This document shows positions 1 to 11,907 of a DNA stretch of 64,000 bases, in pieces; position 1 is the first letter of the stretch; each line of letters starts with the position of its first letter. The DNA is from Pocillopora damicornis (Eukaryota). Under the pieces are notes generated by a model, which saw nothing but the letters and a program-made list of their open reading frames with translations, was not told where the DNA came from and did no database searches. Location of the stretch: the NCBI RefSeq assembly GCF_003704095.1, contig NW_020846063.1:558001-622000 (forward strand), written 5' to 3'. Position numbers and translations under genes: made by a program.

Positions 1-1350
1 AGCCTGGAGGCAGACCTTAGAGATAATGGTAAATTTAAAGATTTATACCAGTTCACATTCAACTTCGCCAAAAATCCAGGCCAGAAGAGTTTAGGTAAGT
101 TTACAGGTATTAACCAAGTGTTGATTTGGAAGAGTTTTAATTCTGTGATTTTAGTTTTGTTAGGGAAAACATACCCACATTCTTAAGCCTCTAATATATC
201 TCATTTCAAGGCTTTCATTTGGCCTCTTTACTCTATTTCTCAAGTGTGTTGTCAATTTTTCTCTTTTTCTTGCCTCAGTTAACAGAAGTTTGTAAACAGC
301 ATTTTTCTGCTGCATGTTTTTATCAACCTTTTTTTGCCCCTAGATTTAGACATGTCCATAGCATATTGGAATATAATTCTGAATGGAAGATTTAAATTCC
401 TTGATATCTGGTGTGAGTTTCTTTTGGTAAGTAAAACCATTCTTGGCTTTTTAAGTTGTATAGACCCTTTGCAGTTGCAGATCACCTTCGCACCAAAAAT
501 TATGCACACATCTTTATTGGCTCTTACCTATGATCTATTTGAGGACAGATGCATTGATGATGTGGTGTCACTGGCAACATGGAGTCTATTTGTTGTTCTA
601 ATCACAATCTAATCATTTATTTTTCTTGATAGTTACATCACAAAAAGGCGATATCTAAGGACACATGGAACCTCTTGTTAGACTTCAGTAACATGATTGA
701 GGATGATATGGGCAACTATGATGAAGAGGGTTTGTGTTACAAGGATTATTTCAATATTTGAATATCTCTATGACTTACTGGAAAAATGGTAGTTGACACT
801 TACCTAAATTGCTTTAACTTATATAAAAGAGGCATATCATCAGACAGGCTAAATTTTTAATAACAGAATATATTGTTTATTTAGGGTTCCTTGTGTTTTG
901 ATACAAAGATCTTGTACCTTTGTATTTTGTGACTTTACTTCTACTGGCAAAATATTGTAATGAAACAAGTGTGATGACAATGCTTTGATGGTCAGGGTTG
1001 TAAACTTACTTCTAGGCTGGTAGGGTAGAGATCTTAAGGGAAATTATCTTTTTGTTAGCTTGTAATTCTGAAAATAATACTAAATTTACCAATCACACCC
1101 CCATATCTCTCAACTTTGATTCCTTTGTTTTCACTTTCATTCTCAGCAAGGTTTTAAGTTTTTAAGCCATGTTAGTGAGTTGTCTTCTCAAAGGTGAAAA
1201 CAGTTTTTTATAAGTAATCTGTCTTTTTAATATCATAAATTTTAATGATTGTGTATTGTTTATTTTTTTGCAGGAGCTTGGCCAGTTTTAATTGATGAAT
1301 TTGTAGAGTATGCAAAACCTAGAATTACTGGAAAGCAGACAACTGTATGA
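1..1350 (+). CDS. DCUN1D1: DCN1-like protein 1 (neddylation co-E3), 3' part; exons 1-94, 344-426, 633-729, 1274-1350
   Basis: The spliced translation is [116 protein letters not shown]. This matches the PONY/cullin-binding C-terminus of DCUN1D1/2, and the GT-AG boundaries keep frame. Confidence 0.95.
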
Positions 1351-1909
1351 TAAGATCTTAACTTGCATAAGTAGTACTTCATAATGGGCTTCCTGTAATC
1401 ATATTTTTACATGAAACTGGAAAATTGTTCGTTTTTCATGAAAGTTCCAGAGCTGACCACTTGAAATGTAAGCTAAACTACAGAGGCAAATACCTCCACT
1501 TTGGGACTCTCCTCAAGTTTCACTTGCTAGACAACTGTCAAGGCAGTGATATGTACTCAGGGTGTATATAATGGTGACCAGACTAATATTTTCATACCAA
1601 TTTTCTTGTTATGATATTGTTAAGTAGTTGGATGGCATATCTTCCTATATTAAACAAACCCTTTCTCTTTATCCCATATTCTACAAACAAGAGGTAAAAA
1701 TGTAGAGTGTAAATTTTTAGCAAAATCAATGCTTTTAGTTAATAATCTCTTTTCGCAATGTAAACTAAAATATTATTATCTCTGTGAATACTGTGAAAAA
1801 GTATTGTGGTTGTGAATGGAAGTAAACCAACATTTTCTATCACTTTTGTCTGTTTCATGATTTCTACACACTAAATAAATAACATACACACTGAATAAAA
1901 TTAATTCTT

Positions 1910-2120
1910 TTAACCCCTAAACTCCTAGAGGTGATAAATGAGTAACTTCTCCCTACAATATACATACATTATTCTGCAAAATGGTAATGAGAATACTCAA
2001 ATTTGTTGAGTAGAAGTTATCTTGAACTAACACAAATTCTTGTATCCAGTTTACCAGGGCATGTACAACAGCTAGAGGTGGGAATTAACAGTTAGATTCT
2101 AGGTGTTGAAGGGTTGTTAA
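1910..2120. mobile_element. ~200-bp MITE, TTAA-CCC(T) termini (piggyBac-like non-autonomous), degenerate
   Basis: Ends ttaacccctaaactcc ... gtgttgaagggtt; homologous to the copies at 3464, 7265, 7955 and 9409. Confidence 0.6.
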
Positions 2121-3259
2121 CAGTAATATTCCCTACACTCCACTGAACATTTTTTTTTTACCCCTAAATTCCCAGTATAGTTCTGTAATATTTTCTGTAA
2201 GGGAGAAAATCCTTCAAACATTTCTTACACCAAGTAAGAGAGAACTCTGAGGAATCATGCAACTTATCTGAAGCAGACACATAACAGCAACATATAGAAA
2301 GCTTTAGTGATAAACTGTATACTTCTGTAAACATTTTACTGCATCAAAGTTTCCAACTAATTTAAGGCAGAGAGATTTCGTACAGTTAATTTCATTGAAG
2401 GTAAAAAAGACTTACAAAGGTGATGGAGGAGAAGTATGGGAGTTAGCCACCTGGTGAAAATGAGATGATAACAATGGATGCCATGCCACGGAAAATTCAC
2501 CTTAAGCCTCATTTACACCACCACAAGTTTTTTTAACTTTTTCCACCCTCTTGCTCAAAGCCTTGGCACTACTTGCTTTATTTAGGAGAGAATTATGGTG
2601 GGTTATTGAGCAAGGCAAATGTGCAATGTTCTGAGACTGGAAATCTTCTGATAATGAGAAACTTTCTCAAGTAGAAATGACAATTCTTTGTAATAAGTTT
2701 CCTCTACATACTGCAATCTCCATACACTGAGTAAAATTAAAGTTTATCTTTTCAATGATTCATCATCTAGTTAGATCATAAGGAATTCGTAAAGGGTTTC
2801 TGTCCTTACATCTAGGCAGTTTAGAAAGCCACAAAACTCAAGAACAAAAATTTATCTTCCAAAGTGGCACTCTTAATCCCTGCGGTATCAATGAACACTT
2901 TTCATTCAAATAATTTATTCTTGTTTTCTCGTCACCACATCCCTACTGATAGCTTAGCTGCATTTTTTGTATATAAACTCACACACAACCCACAATTCCT
3001 CCAATTACTCTGATGAAAGGCTAATGCTTGAAACTTCAGCCTTCTAAATCCTCATGATGGCCAATTTACATATTCAACCAAGTTGATAACACTAAATTAC
3101 CCTAAGGAATTCAGACATTGTTAACACAATTTGATGACCAAGAAAACGCAATTTTGTTAAAAAGCAGACTAGCATTCTTCCAATGCTGAATTCAGTTTTA
3201 AAAAAATTGTCCAAGAAGTCTCTTTAATCAATATTCCTGCTGTTTACATTGCTTTGATG

Positions 3260-4223
3260 TTATCTGCCAATTCTTTGGACAATCCACTCTTGCTGACAGA
3301 GTGGACATCTGTTATTTTGCACTACCCAGAGTGACATACAGCAGTTATGAAATGAGTGATTGCACTCTCCCCACACAACTGAAACAAGAGAAACTTTAAT
3401 GTTAACACTGCTTCAAAGACATGGAACAATATTCAATTTTTTTATGAAAAAGTGATATGTCTCTAACCCTTAACTCCCATTCATGACTAAGACAGAGTTT
3501 ATCAACACAATATCAATGCAATTTCAGGCTGACAAGAGGTGGGAATAAAAAAATAATCAATTAGGGGAATATTTATTAATCCAGTAGTAAATACTCCAAA
3601 CTAATAGCATGAGAATTGTATGGCAGACAGTAAGGAGAATTTATAATGAGATCTTGGGAGTGAAAGGGTTACAACCATACCAATATAATTCTCCTTGGAC
3701 CTATTTTTCCTCTTCTTCGACTATTTGAATAAGTAGTTTAGGTGTGGATAAATAATCAGAAATACCAGAGATCTGTTAGTGGTGAGCTCAAGAACATAAT
3801 GTTAGTTTCATAGTTTAGTTAGCAAGTCCCAAGCGGTTAGAGTGCTCAACGACATAAACTGTCTTACCAACGCATTCTTCTTGTTTGTTGTCAGACTGGC
3901 ATCGGAGGCAAGCATCTACACATGTGGAATACAAAGAATTCGATGAAAAAATAATATAATTTTTTTGCAAAAAATTGGGAAAAAAAGAAACAAACAAACG
4001 ACTGCTGAACTTCAGAAACAGACTAAAAATTACATGATCTAAACTCACCCATCACTTGCACGCGACAAATGGCACACGTATCGCATTCTACATCCCAAGA
4101 CCACATGGCTACGGCATTCCATTTTTTGAGAGTAAACATTTTCTGTACTCCTTGATCTTTAGACGGCGTGTTTTCCTCCATTGTCACGTCCTGTGGCTCC
4201 TCGACCGAAGTTTCGGCAGCCAT
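3260..4223 (-). CDS. RNF7: RING-box protein 2 (RBX2/SAG/ROC2); exons 4223-4049, 3915-3868, 3378-3260
   Basis: MAAETSVEEPQDVTMEENTPSKDQGVQKMFTLKKWNAVAMWSWDVECDTCAICRVQVMDACLRCQSDNKQEECVVVWGECNHSFHNCCMSLWVVQNNRCPLCQQEWIVQRIGR*. It has a RING-H2 finger with RBX2-type motifs (WSWDVECDTCAICRVQVMDACLRCQ) and canonical splice sites. Confidence 0.96.
3464..3671. mobile_element. Same MITE family, in RNF7 intron 2
   Basis: Inverted termini taacccttaactccc ... gggagtgaaagggtta. Confidence 0.65.
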
Positions 4224-4560
4224 CTTCTTCAGCCCACAAGCCACTTCGCGCAACTTGCCGTTGACAAAACAACACTCCCAAGGGACTCTACCCGAGTAAC
4301 TTAGTCACGATTGGGGAAAAAAAAGGAACAGCGGGCCCTGTGCGGTTGAAAATTTAGTTTTTGAATTTAAAACGAAATTAATTCATGTTTCATTCATCCT
4401 CCACATTCTGAATTGAATAGGCATGGCAGGAAGTGAGTGTTTTTTTTTTAAAGCGCTGATCCTCACTCCCTAGGATAGGGTAAGGTGCGTACATTTGTTT
4501 ACAGTGACCAGAGGAGTGTCATGGGAATGTTTCCAGCCGTTTAAGCGCTTTTGTAACATC
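4224..4560. promoter_or_regulatory. Probable bidirectional promoter of RNF7 and the scramblase
   Basis: The divergent ATGs are only ~340 bp apart (4223 on -, 4561 on +), and the region sits in a local CpG-rich island. Confidence 0.65.
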
Positions 4561-7500
4561 ATGGCACAGCCAGGTTACGGGTACCCACCGCCTGTGGAAA
4601 GTAACCCTCAACTTCAAGGAGGTTATCAACCACCTCAAGGAGGTTATCCACCGCTTCAAGGTGGTTATCCACCACCTCAAGGTGGTTATCCCCCACCACA
4701 AGCAGGTTATCCACCGCCGGCGCAACCTGGATATGCTCCTACTCAACCTGGCTATGCACCGCCTGTTAGCCAACAACCTGGTAAAAAAATTAAGTTTTTG
4801 ACGGCTTTTTGAATTGCTTTCAATCAGGGCTGTCACTCTTTAACATCAGTTTTCAGGTCATTAACTATTGCTTGCGATCAAATTCAGAAAAAAGTTCTTC
4901 ACCCCGCCATACGTGATAACGAAATTTGTTCGTCGATGACTCGAAACTACACCGTGCTTAAAACAGGAAAATACCTTCTAGATTACTAAACCTAGTTTAA
5001 TTTAATTTTATTAGAAAATAGTGCGAAGAAACTCGATCAAAATATAGAATACACTTCGTAAGGTTTTCCAATGTACTGTCAAAGAGATTCATGGAGAATC
5101 ACCTCGGAATTGTGTCGCCTAAAAAGCACTTGTTTGTTGTTTTAGTAATGTAATGTGAGCAGAAGCTCTCATATAGAGTGTTAAAACTACAAAACTACAA
5201 ACTTATTTTATTTTGCCGAAGGATTTGCAGCCCCAGCTCCTGCAGGTTATGGACAAATGCAATGGATGCCTCCTCCCCCAGTTCCAGCGAACTGTCCTCC
5301 AGGACTGGAATATCTAACCCAAATAGATCAACTTTTAATAAAACAGCAAGTCGAACTCCTAGAAGGTAAATGTTTAGAACTCGGCTGTTTATTCCGTTGG
5401 TTTTTTCTTTGAATACATGGTTACAAGTAATCTTTTCAGACTTATGTGCATGCAAATATATATTTATTTGTTTGGATACTTTTACAGCTTTCACTGGCTT
5501 TGAAACCAACAACAAATACAAGATTTTGAACAGCATGGGACAGCAGGTGTTTTTCGCAGCGGAAGGTGAGTACATTTAGTTGTCACGTATAATACAATTT
5601 TGCAGTAATATTTTGCGGCTTCATATATTAAAACAGAATTCCACTAACGAATTGAACGCACACCTTATTAATTCAGAAAGATGTTTGCAGTTCTCATTAA
5701 TTTTTAAAAAACTGAAGGGATACTTAGCGGTACATGCTAATTCATGTTTCAACGGAACTCTTTTTTTCCATCATTATTCGTGTTCGCGGTTTCCGTTTTT
5801 TATAATGAGCATGCGAAAACATTTCCGCATTCTTTAATAGCAAATCATAAGAAATATGCGTGTTAGGCTGGATTTTACTTTTTACATTTTTTCGTTATTT
5901 GTTCGGTGAAGTTCGAGACAGAGAGCTAACTTAATTAAAATTATGATCTGGAATAAGGCGCATGAAAATTTGAAATTTTGTTCTATTTTGATACGCTTTG
6001 GTTGATATGTACAGTGTAATTTCATATTAAAGTTTCTTAATTAGTTTTAAATCATAATTTAGTGGCTGGATTTTTTAGGGAAATTAGCTTGAAATTTTCC
6101 CTAATGAATCACGGAGGCTTGTTAATATTTATACAAGCTTATGTAAGTAGAGTGGAGCAATAATTATATTTCGGTAGATCATGGTTTATATTCCTTTAAC
6201 TCAATTTTTCATGGTTAAATATTAAAAAAAAAATTTTAACTATACTATTTACATGGATGGCCTTCGTTTCCCAGCATCTCTTTGCCCTTTTCCCTGACTC
6301 CACCTCTTTCTGAGAATTCAGATCTAATAAATTCTGATTATAAGATTATAAATGATACATTTTTCTGTTGGTGTGTTTTAGATACTGATTGCTGTACACG
6401 ACAGTGTTGTGGCCCAGGAAGACCTTTTGAAATGAAAATCCTGGACAATCATGAGCAGGAAATTGTGCATTTGACTCGTCCTCTGCGTTGTCAGTCTTGC
6501 TTATTTCCTTGTTGTCTTCAAGAGATTGAAGTGCAATCACCACCTGGGACAGTCCTTGGCTACTGTGCTCAGGAGTAAGAAACTTATTGCTTACTCACAA
6601 AGAGAGGGCATTTTGATTGAGAATTATCATGGGACCAAAACCTCAGTAATCACAACAGCCAATCAACCCATAATGAAAATTAGCAAAATGCAGGAAGTAT
6701 GGGAAAACTCATGTGAACTAGTCACAACTGGGTTTTTTCTAATCTGATTGGTGAAAAGGCTGGAATAAGTCTTCTGAACCAATCTTGGAGGAAATCAAGC
6801 TAAATCAAAACAATCCCATATTACTTTTGACACTGTTGAAAAAAGCTCTATGTGGGTCTTTGCTTAACTCATTATGGGAAATAAGTGCATCTTGAGATAA
6901 AAATAAATCTGATAGTTAGAGGTTATGACAGCCTTTCTTTCAATTTTAAGTATGTCTGTATCTTTGACATCATGAAAATATCACCAGCAAGAATTAGCCA
7001 CAAGCTTTTAGCAAACTAGAATTAAGGTGTACACACAAATATTATTTTATCTTTAGATGGTCAATATGCATTCCTAAGTTTACAATCCAGAATGCTGACA
7101 GAGAAACAATCCTGAGAATTGAAGGACCCTTCTGCCAGTGCAGTCTCTGTGGAGATGTTGACTTTCAGGTAACAGCTTGCAACATTGTGGTAGAATTTTT
7201 GATTGTTTGCATTTTAGTTGGCTATATTTACGAATCTGTTTGCATTCAACACACCGTATTTGACTTAACCCTTTAACTTCCAAGACCTGATTGTCAATTC
7301 TTCCCTCTGGCTGCTGCACATTTCCTTGTAAATTAGTTATGGGAACTTGGTGCTAGATTAAGATAGCAGCTTCTATCTGATGAGTTTGAATATTCTCATA
7401 ACCTGTTTGCTAACTAATGTGTGGATATTATAGGGAGAAGTTTCATGTTAATCACTTCTGGGAGTTAAAGGGTTAAGATTGATTAAAATAAGGTTACATT

Positions 7501-9792
7501 GAACCACTGAAGCCTCTTATATGGTTCCTTCCCTATCTGCTTTAAAATTACTTCATCTCAATCGGCCATGCTTTACTAGGAATGGTTTTCTACTGTCACA
7601 CAATGTAATAGCCCCTTGGATGTGAATAGTGACATTCCAACAGAATGCTGCTAGTTTTCTCTATGCAACAAGAGTGACTGGTTGTTGAGGTGGACCTCTT
7701 TGCTTGAGGAATACTTGATGATACTTCATCACTTGTGTTAACTGGTAATGTTATGTTTTCTTTGTGAATGAAACAGGTGCTCTCTGCAGATGGCCAGAAT
7801 CAGGTTGGAAGAATTTCTAAACAGTGGACTGGTTTGGTAAAGGAGGCGTTTACTGACGCAGACAACTTTGGTATCACATGTAAGTTATTATCTTAACTAT
7901 TTGAGAGAAATTACTGCCAGCAGTGATCTCTGACTTCCTCTCTCACATGTTAACTTAACCCTATAACCCCTGAGAGTGACTGGCATCTAATTTTCTCCTT
8001 ACATTATCACCCCTGAATCACGCGTGAAAGTCATGAGAGAATAAAGGAAATGATCTCTAACCAAAGAAGCTCTTGATTGTTAAACAAATTATCCCGGTCA
8101 GCACCTCAGGAGATGAGAAGGGAACATTATAGAGAATATTCATACTGATGTTAGGGTTTACAGGGTTAAAGTGGTTTGGTTGCACAGTTTTGACTCTCAA
8201 TGGTAGTGCACCCCCAGCTCGGCACTTTCAACTCTGTTTACTTCCTATTATATGGATTATATGAGATGCACCTCCCAAAAAGCCTAGGGATACATTTTCA
8301 GGTGAAGCAGTATATCAAAGGGTAGGGAATTCATTATCTAAGATATAGGAAAAAGAAAGAAATGGTTTTCATTTAATTGTGTTTGAAAGGGCCCATAGGT
8401 TGATCTCTAGATGCTTTTTAAAGCTTCCTTGAAAATAAGAGTTTTTCATCACTAAGTTAAGTGCTTTTATTTTACTTTTGTGTTTCGACTGTTACAGGGC
8501 AGAAAAGGAATGTCGTGTTTTATTTCTATATGAATAAAAGTGATCTTTTTTCTTTTTGGCAAAAGAGGTACATAGAACAGATTATGTCTATTTATAGATT
8601 AGTGGCTAGCATTTTATTAAGGATTTTTTTTTTTAAATTGGCAGTTCCTATGGACCTTGATGTGAAAATGAAGGCTGTTGTACTTGGTGCTTGTTTTCTC
8701 ATTGTAAGTACACTTGCTGGTCACTTTCTGTATGAACTATACCTAGTAGAGGATAGCTAAGGGGAGTGGGGTCCTGATCTTGTTTTACACACATTTATGG
8801 AAAATTAATTCGTTGTGTTTATGAGAGGAAAACTTCAAATCTCTCATCTTGTGTGAAAGAGAAAATTTCTGGAGGCAAATACATGTCAGGCTGGTTCTTA
8901 AATTCACAAATCCTGCTCACCTCACTGTAAAATTCACACATTACATGTTAATTTTGTCCTTAGTCACACAACACCACTTGTGGTTGGTGTCCCCAGCATG
9001 ACTCAGTGTCCAACCACTTGTGGTTGGTACCCCAAGCTAGGCTCAGTGTCTAGCCACCTCAGTGGTGTTCTCCACATGACTCAGTTTCCAGCCACCTTAG
9101 TTGTGTCCTCAACACAACTTGGTGTTAGGCCACTCATGGGTTTGATCCCAAGTATGATTTCATGTCCAGTTACTCATGGGCAGTGTTCCCAGCAGGACTC
9201 AATGTCCAGCCACTTCCCCATGCTAGAGGTTATTAGACACATCACTTGGATGTTGGCTTGAAGTTGTGAATGAGGAATTGGAGGTGGGAGAATTCTCCAG
9301 CTACTGTGCCAAATTCTCTACCTACATTCTGATTACCTGAGCTATTTTTATTCAACTAATAGATTTTTCTTCTGCTTCCACTGTACACGATTCTCCTGAT
9401 GCTACAGTTTAACCCCTAAGTGTGACTAGCATCTAATTTCTCCTTACAAAATTACCCAGTAAGGTTATGAGAATAAAGGAGATGATCACTACCTAAAGAG
9501 GGTCTTGATAGTTGAACAAATTCTCTTTGTCAGAACCCAAGGAAATGTGTAGGAGTAGTATGGAGAAGATGCATACTGATGTTAGGGATTAAAGGGTTCA
9601 TGAAAACAATGCTACTTATGAGAGAACTTACCTTTCTTCAAGTTAAAAATGAATGTATGTAGTGTTTGTGTATACCTCTGTAACTCAATTATATATCTTG
9701 CTATTTTTGTTCCTGAAATCCGTTATTTTCCCTCTTCATAGGATTTCATGTTCTTTGAGCAAGCACAGAACCAGGATAATAGCAGTTATTAA
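4561..9792 (+). CDS. PLSCR: Phospholipid scramblase (PLSCR1/2-like); exons 4561-4780, 5222(or 5231)-5365, 5488-5565, 6382-6574, 7057-7168, 7777-7879, 8645-8703, 9742-9792
   Basis: The N-terminus has Pro/Gln/Gly-rich GGYPPPQ repeats. It is followed by [37 protein letters not shown], the Cys-rich [14 protein letters not shown] and [24 protein letters not shown], then [50 protein letters not shown]. All exons join in frame. Confidence 0.96.
7265..7476. mobile_element. Same MITE family, in a scramblase intron
   Basis: ttaaccctttaacttcc ... gggagttaaagggttaa; near-perfect TIRs with TTAA at both ends. Confidence 0.75.
7955..8169. mobile_element. Same MITE family, in a scramblase intron
   Basis: ttaaccctataacccct ... 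agggtttacagggttaa. Confidence 0.7.
8972..9220. repeat. Degenerate ~38-40 bp minisatellite (about 6 units) in scramblase intron 7
   Basis: Units resemble ccacttgtggttggtgtccccagcatgactcagtgtcca and diverge progressively. Confidence 0.7.
9409..9600. mobile_element. Same MITE family, in a scramblase intron
   Basis: ttaacccctaag ... gggattaaagggttca; the internal sequence aligns with the 7955 copy. Confidence 0.65.
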
Positions 9793-10465
9793 TCAGTACC
9801 ACCAGAAAAGTTTATCAAGTTTAGCAGGGAAGGAACCAGAAAAGAGCATGTATACGTAATGTTTTGCAGGAGTGCAGAGAAATTTATTGCTATATAGAGA
9901 TTGTCAATGACATGGGCAATCCAGCCTTTCACTGAAGCTGTGTACCTTTTTTTTTCTTTTTTTTTTAACGAACGGTTTCAACAACCGTTTTGTCGCACAA
10001 GGCTGTTTCCTTGGGGTGGTGTGATATCACGCAAGTGTCATAGATAGGCATCATATCACGCTCTTCGTAAAATCCCGACGAGATCAATATTTCAGTTTTT
10101 TTTGTTTTTGTTTACAAGGTTATAGTCGTTCGTGGTTGACACTCATTGATTTTGATGTTTTCATTTGACTAAGTTTTTTAACAACCCGGAGAAGTAATTG
10201 AAAGAAAGGGCTGTCTTGAAACTGAAAGACTGCCTCGAGACTGCCGTTTCGGACAGTTGCTAATGGAAATTTGACCCCCTAAAGATATGTGCATGTCTGA
10301 AAACATAATGATTGTGATTACCGCTGATCGTTGACAAAACATAGTTTGTTGCTGGAGTAAAGTATTCTCAGGTATAAATTTTTATCGTTCTCCTTTGAGG
10401 CCGTTCATCGGCAAGTTGCATTATTCTTCCTTTAAAACAGGCGCGGTGTTTACGTTGCGTGACTT

Positions 10466-10618
10466 CCTGGGCTCAGTTGCGTTAAGGGCGGATAACGCCA
10501 TCCAACGAATAAATCGCTATCCAGCGGATAAGTGATAGAAAAACGTATATCGTTATTCACCGGATAGAGATTTATCCAGTGGATAGCGTTATCCGATCTT
10601 CGAACAACCGGGGCCTGG
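10466..10618. mobile_element. Palindromic MITE-like element with internal (g)gatagcg/tatcc repeats
   Basis: cctgggctcagttg...ggataacgccatcc ... ggatagcgttatcc...gaacaaccggggcctgg forms an imperfect full-length hairpin. Confidence 0.65.
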
Positions 10619-11907
10619 AGAACGGATGCTAAGGAGATTATCGTCATTAGGATGCAGACGCCGCTTTTACCTAACGTTTCTCAAGTACCATATCAAGTAA
10701 GCTAGGTCAACACAGTTTGCGTTATTTTTTATATCGTACGAATGTATGTTTAACTTGATAAACAATGTTAAACATTAGTCCAGTGAGCTGGAAAAAGGAT
10801 GAGGGACTGATAAGCCAATTATGAACAAGGCTCCTTAAAGATTGGAAAGATATAAACGGGATGCCAGAAGACGCTCTTGATAAACTTGGCCTTCGTATTT
10901 TATGATACTCAGCATGCGATTTTTCTCACTTTATTTGGATACATTTAATTTGAAATTGAAATAAAGTTTATGAGGTTAATTACTTTTATCGGCTTCTGTT
11001 TTTGCTGCTTTGGTGTGTTCCCTCTTCAAATTTCTTGGTACTCCGTTTATGGTGGTGCTTCATGATTCTTGGTTTTCGTGACTTGTGAGCGGAGCATTCC
11101 CCCCCCCCCTCCCCTTCTCCGACATTCCCTAATGAAGCAGGCCGTAAGGTGTCATTACATCAGAAGCAAAGGAATCTTCCCAAGTCCTCTACGCTCTCGG
11201 ATATTCCCTTCCATTGAGAATCATTGCGGCTGCGAGACTTCATAGCCTTCTATGTTTTAAAGATAAAGTATACTCCTGCATCAAGGTGTGAGCATGATTT
11301 CCCAGCAAAGAGGAGAGATCCCATACTAGCGTCTTGTGGCATTTCGAAGCATGTCAGGTTGTTTTATAAATGATTATTACTGTCATTAAAAACCGTCACT
11401 TTATTTTGGCACAGAGGAGAAACAAGCATTATTNNNNNNNNNNCCCCCATCACTTTCAAAGTAGCGCTCGTGCTCTACTGACCAGCCCTGTTATCTAACC
11501 AATAATTCCTCTATACATCACCTTTCAGCAACTTGGTTTGACGGGTTTGAAAAAGTATTCATAATACTCCGAACATTTATAATCGATTTGTATATCTGAG
11601 CTTCCCTCAACATTACTTTCCATCTGGCTTAGGAAATTTCCCAACCTCTGCGTGGTATTTTGTCGGATTTCTTCCCAACCTTTTAGGCAGCAAAACCAAC
11701 GCAAGGAGCACAATGCAGACAAATAAACAGACAAGAAGGTCACGTGATCCAATTTTACTCCTGGTGCGTAAATTCTAAGAACTCAACTAATGACCTCGCT
11801 GACAGGAAGTTGTCTGACCACCCCGCTACAGCTCCAGTCAGCCCTGACGCCGTGAGCCATGTCGATTTCAACTCGGCCGCATTGAGTCAGCGCGGAACTC
11901 ATCAGCA

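Noticed and set aside
4519-4836. Antisense ORF with WITT repeats (likewise antisense ORFs over the THD exons)
   Set aside because: Shadow of the scramblase GGYPPPQ repeat exon and of the real plus-strand exons.
8980-9261. 93-aa ORF in a scramblase intron
   Set aside because: It coincides with the ~39-bp minisatellite; no domain is recognisable and the scramblase model does not need it.
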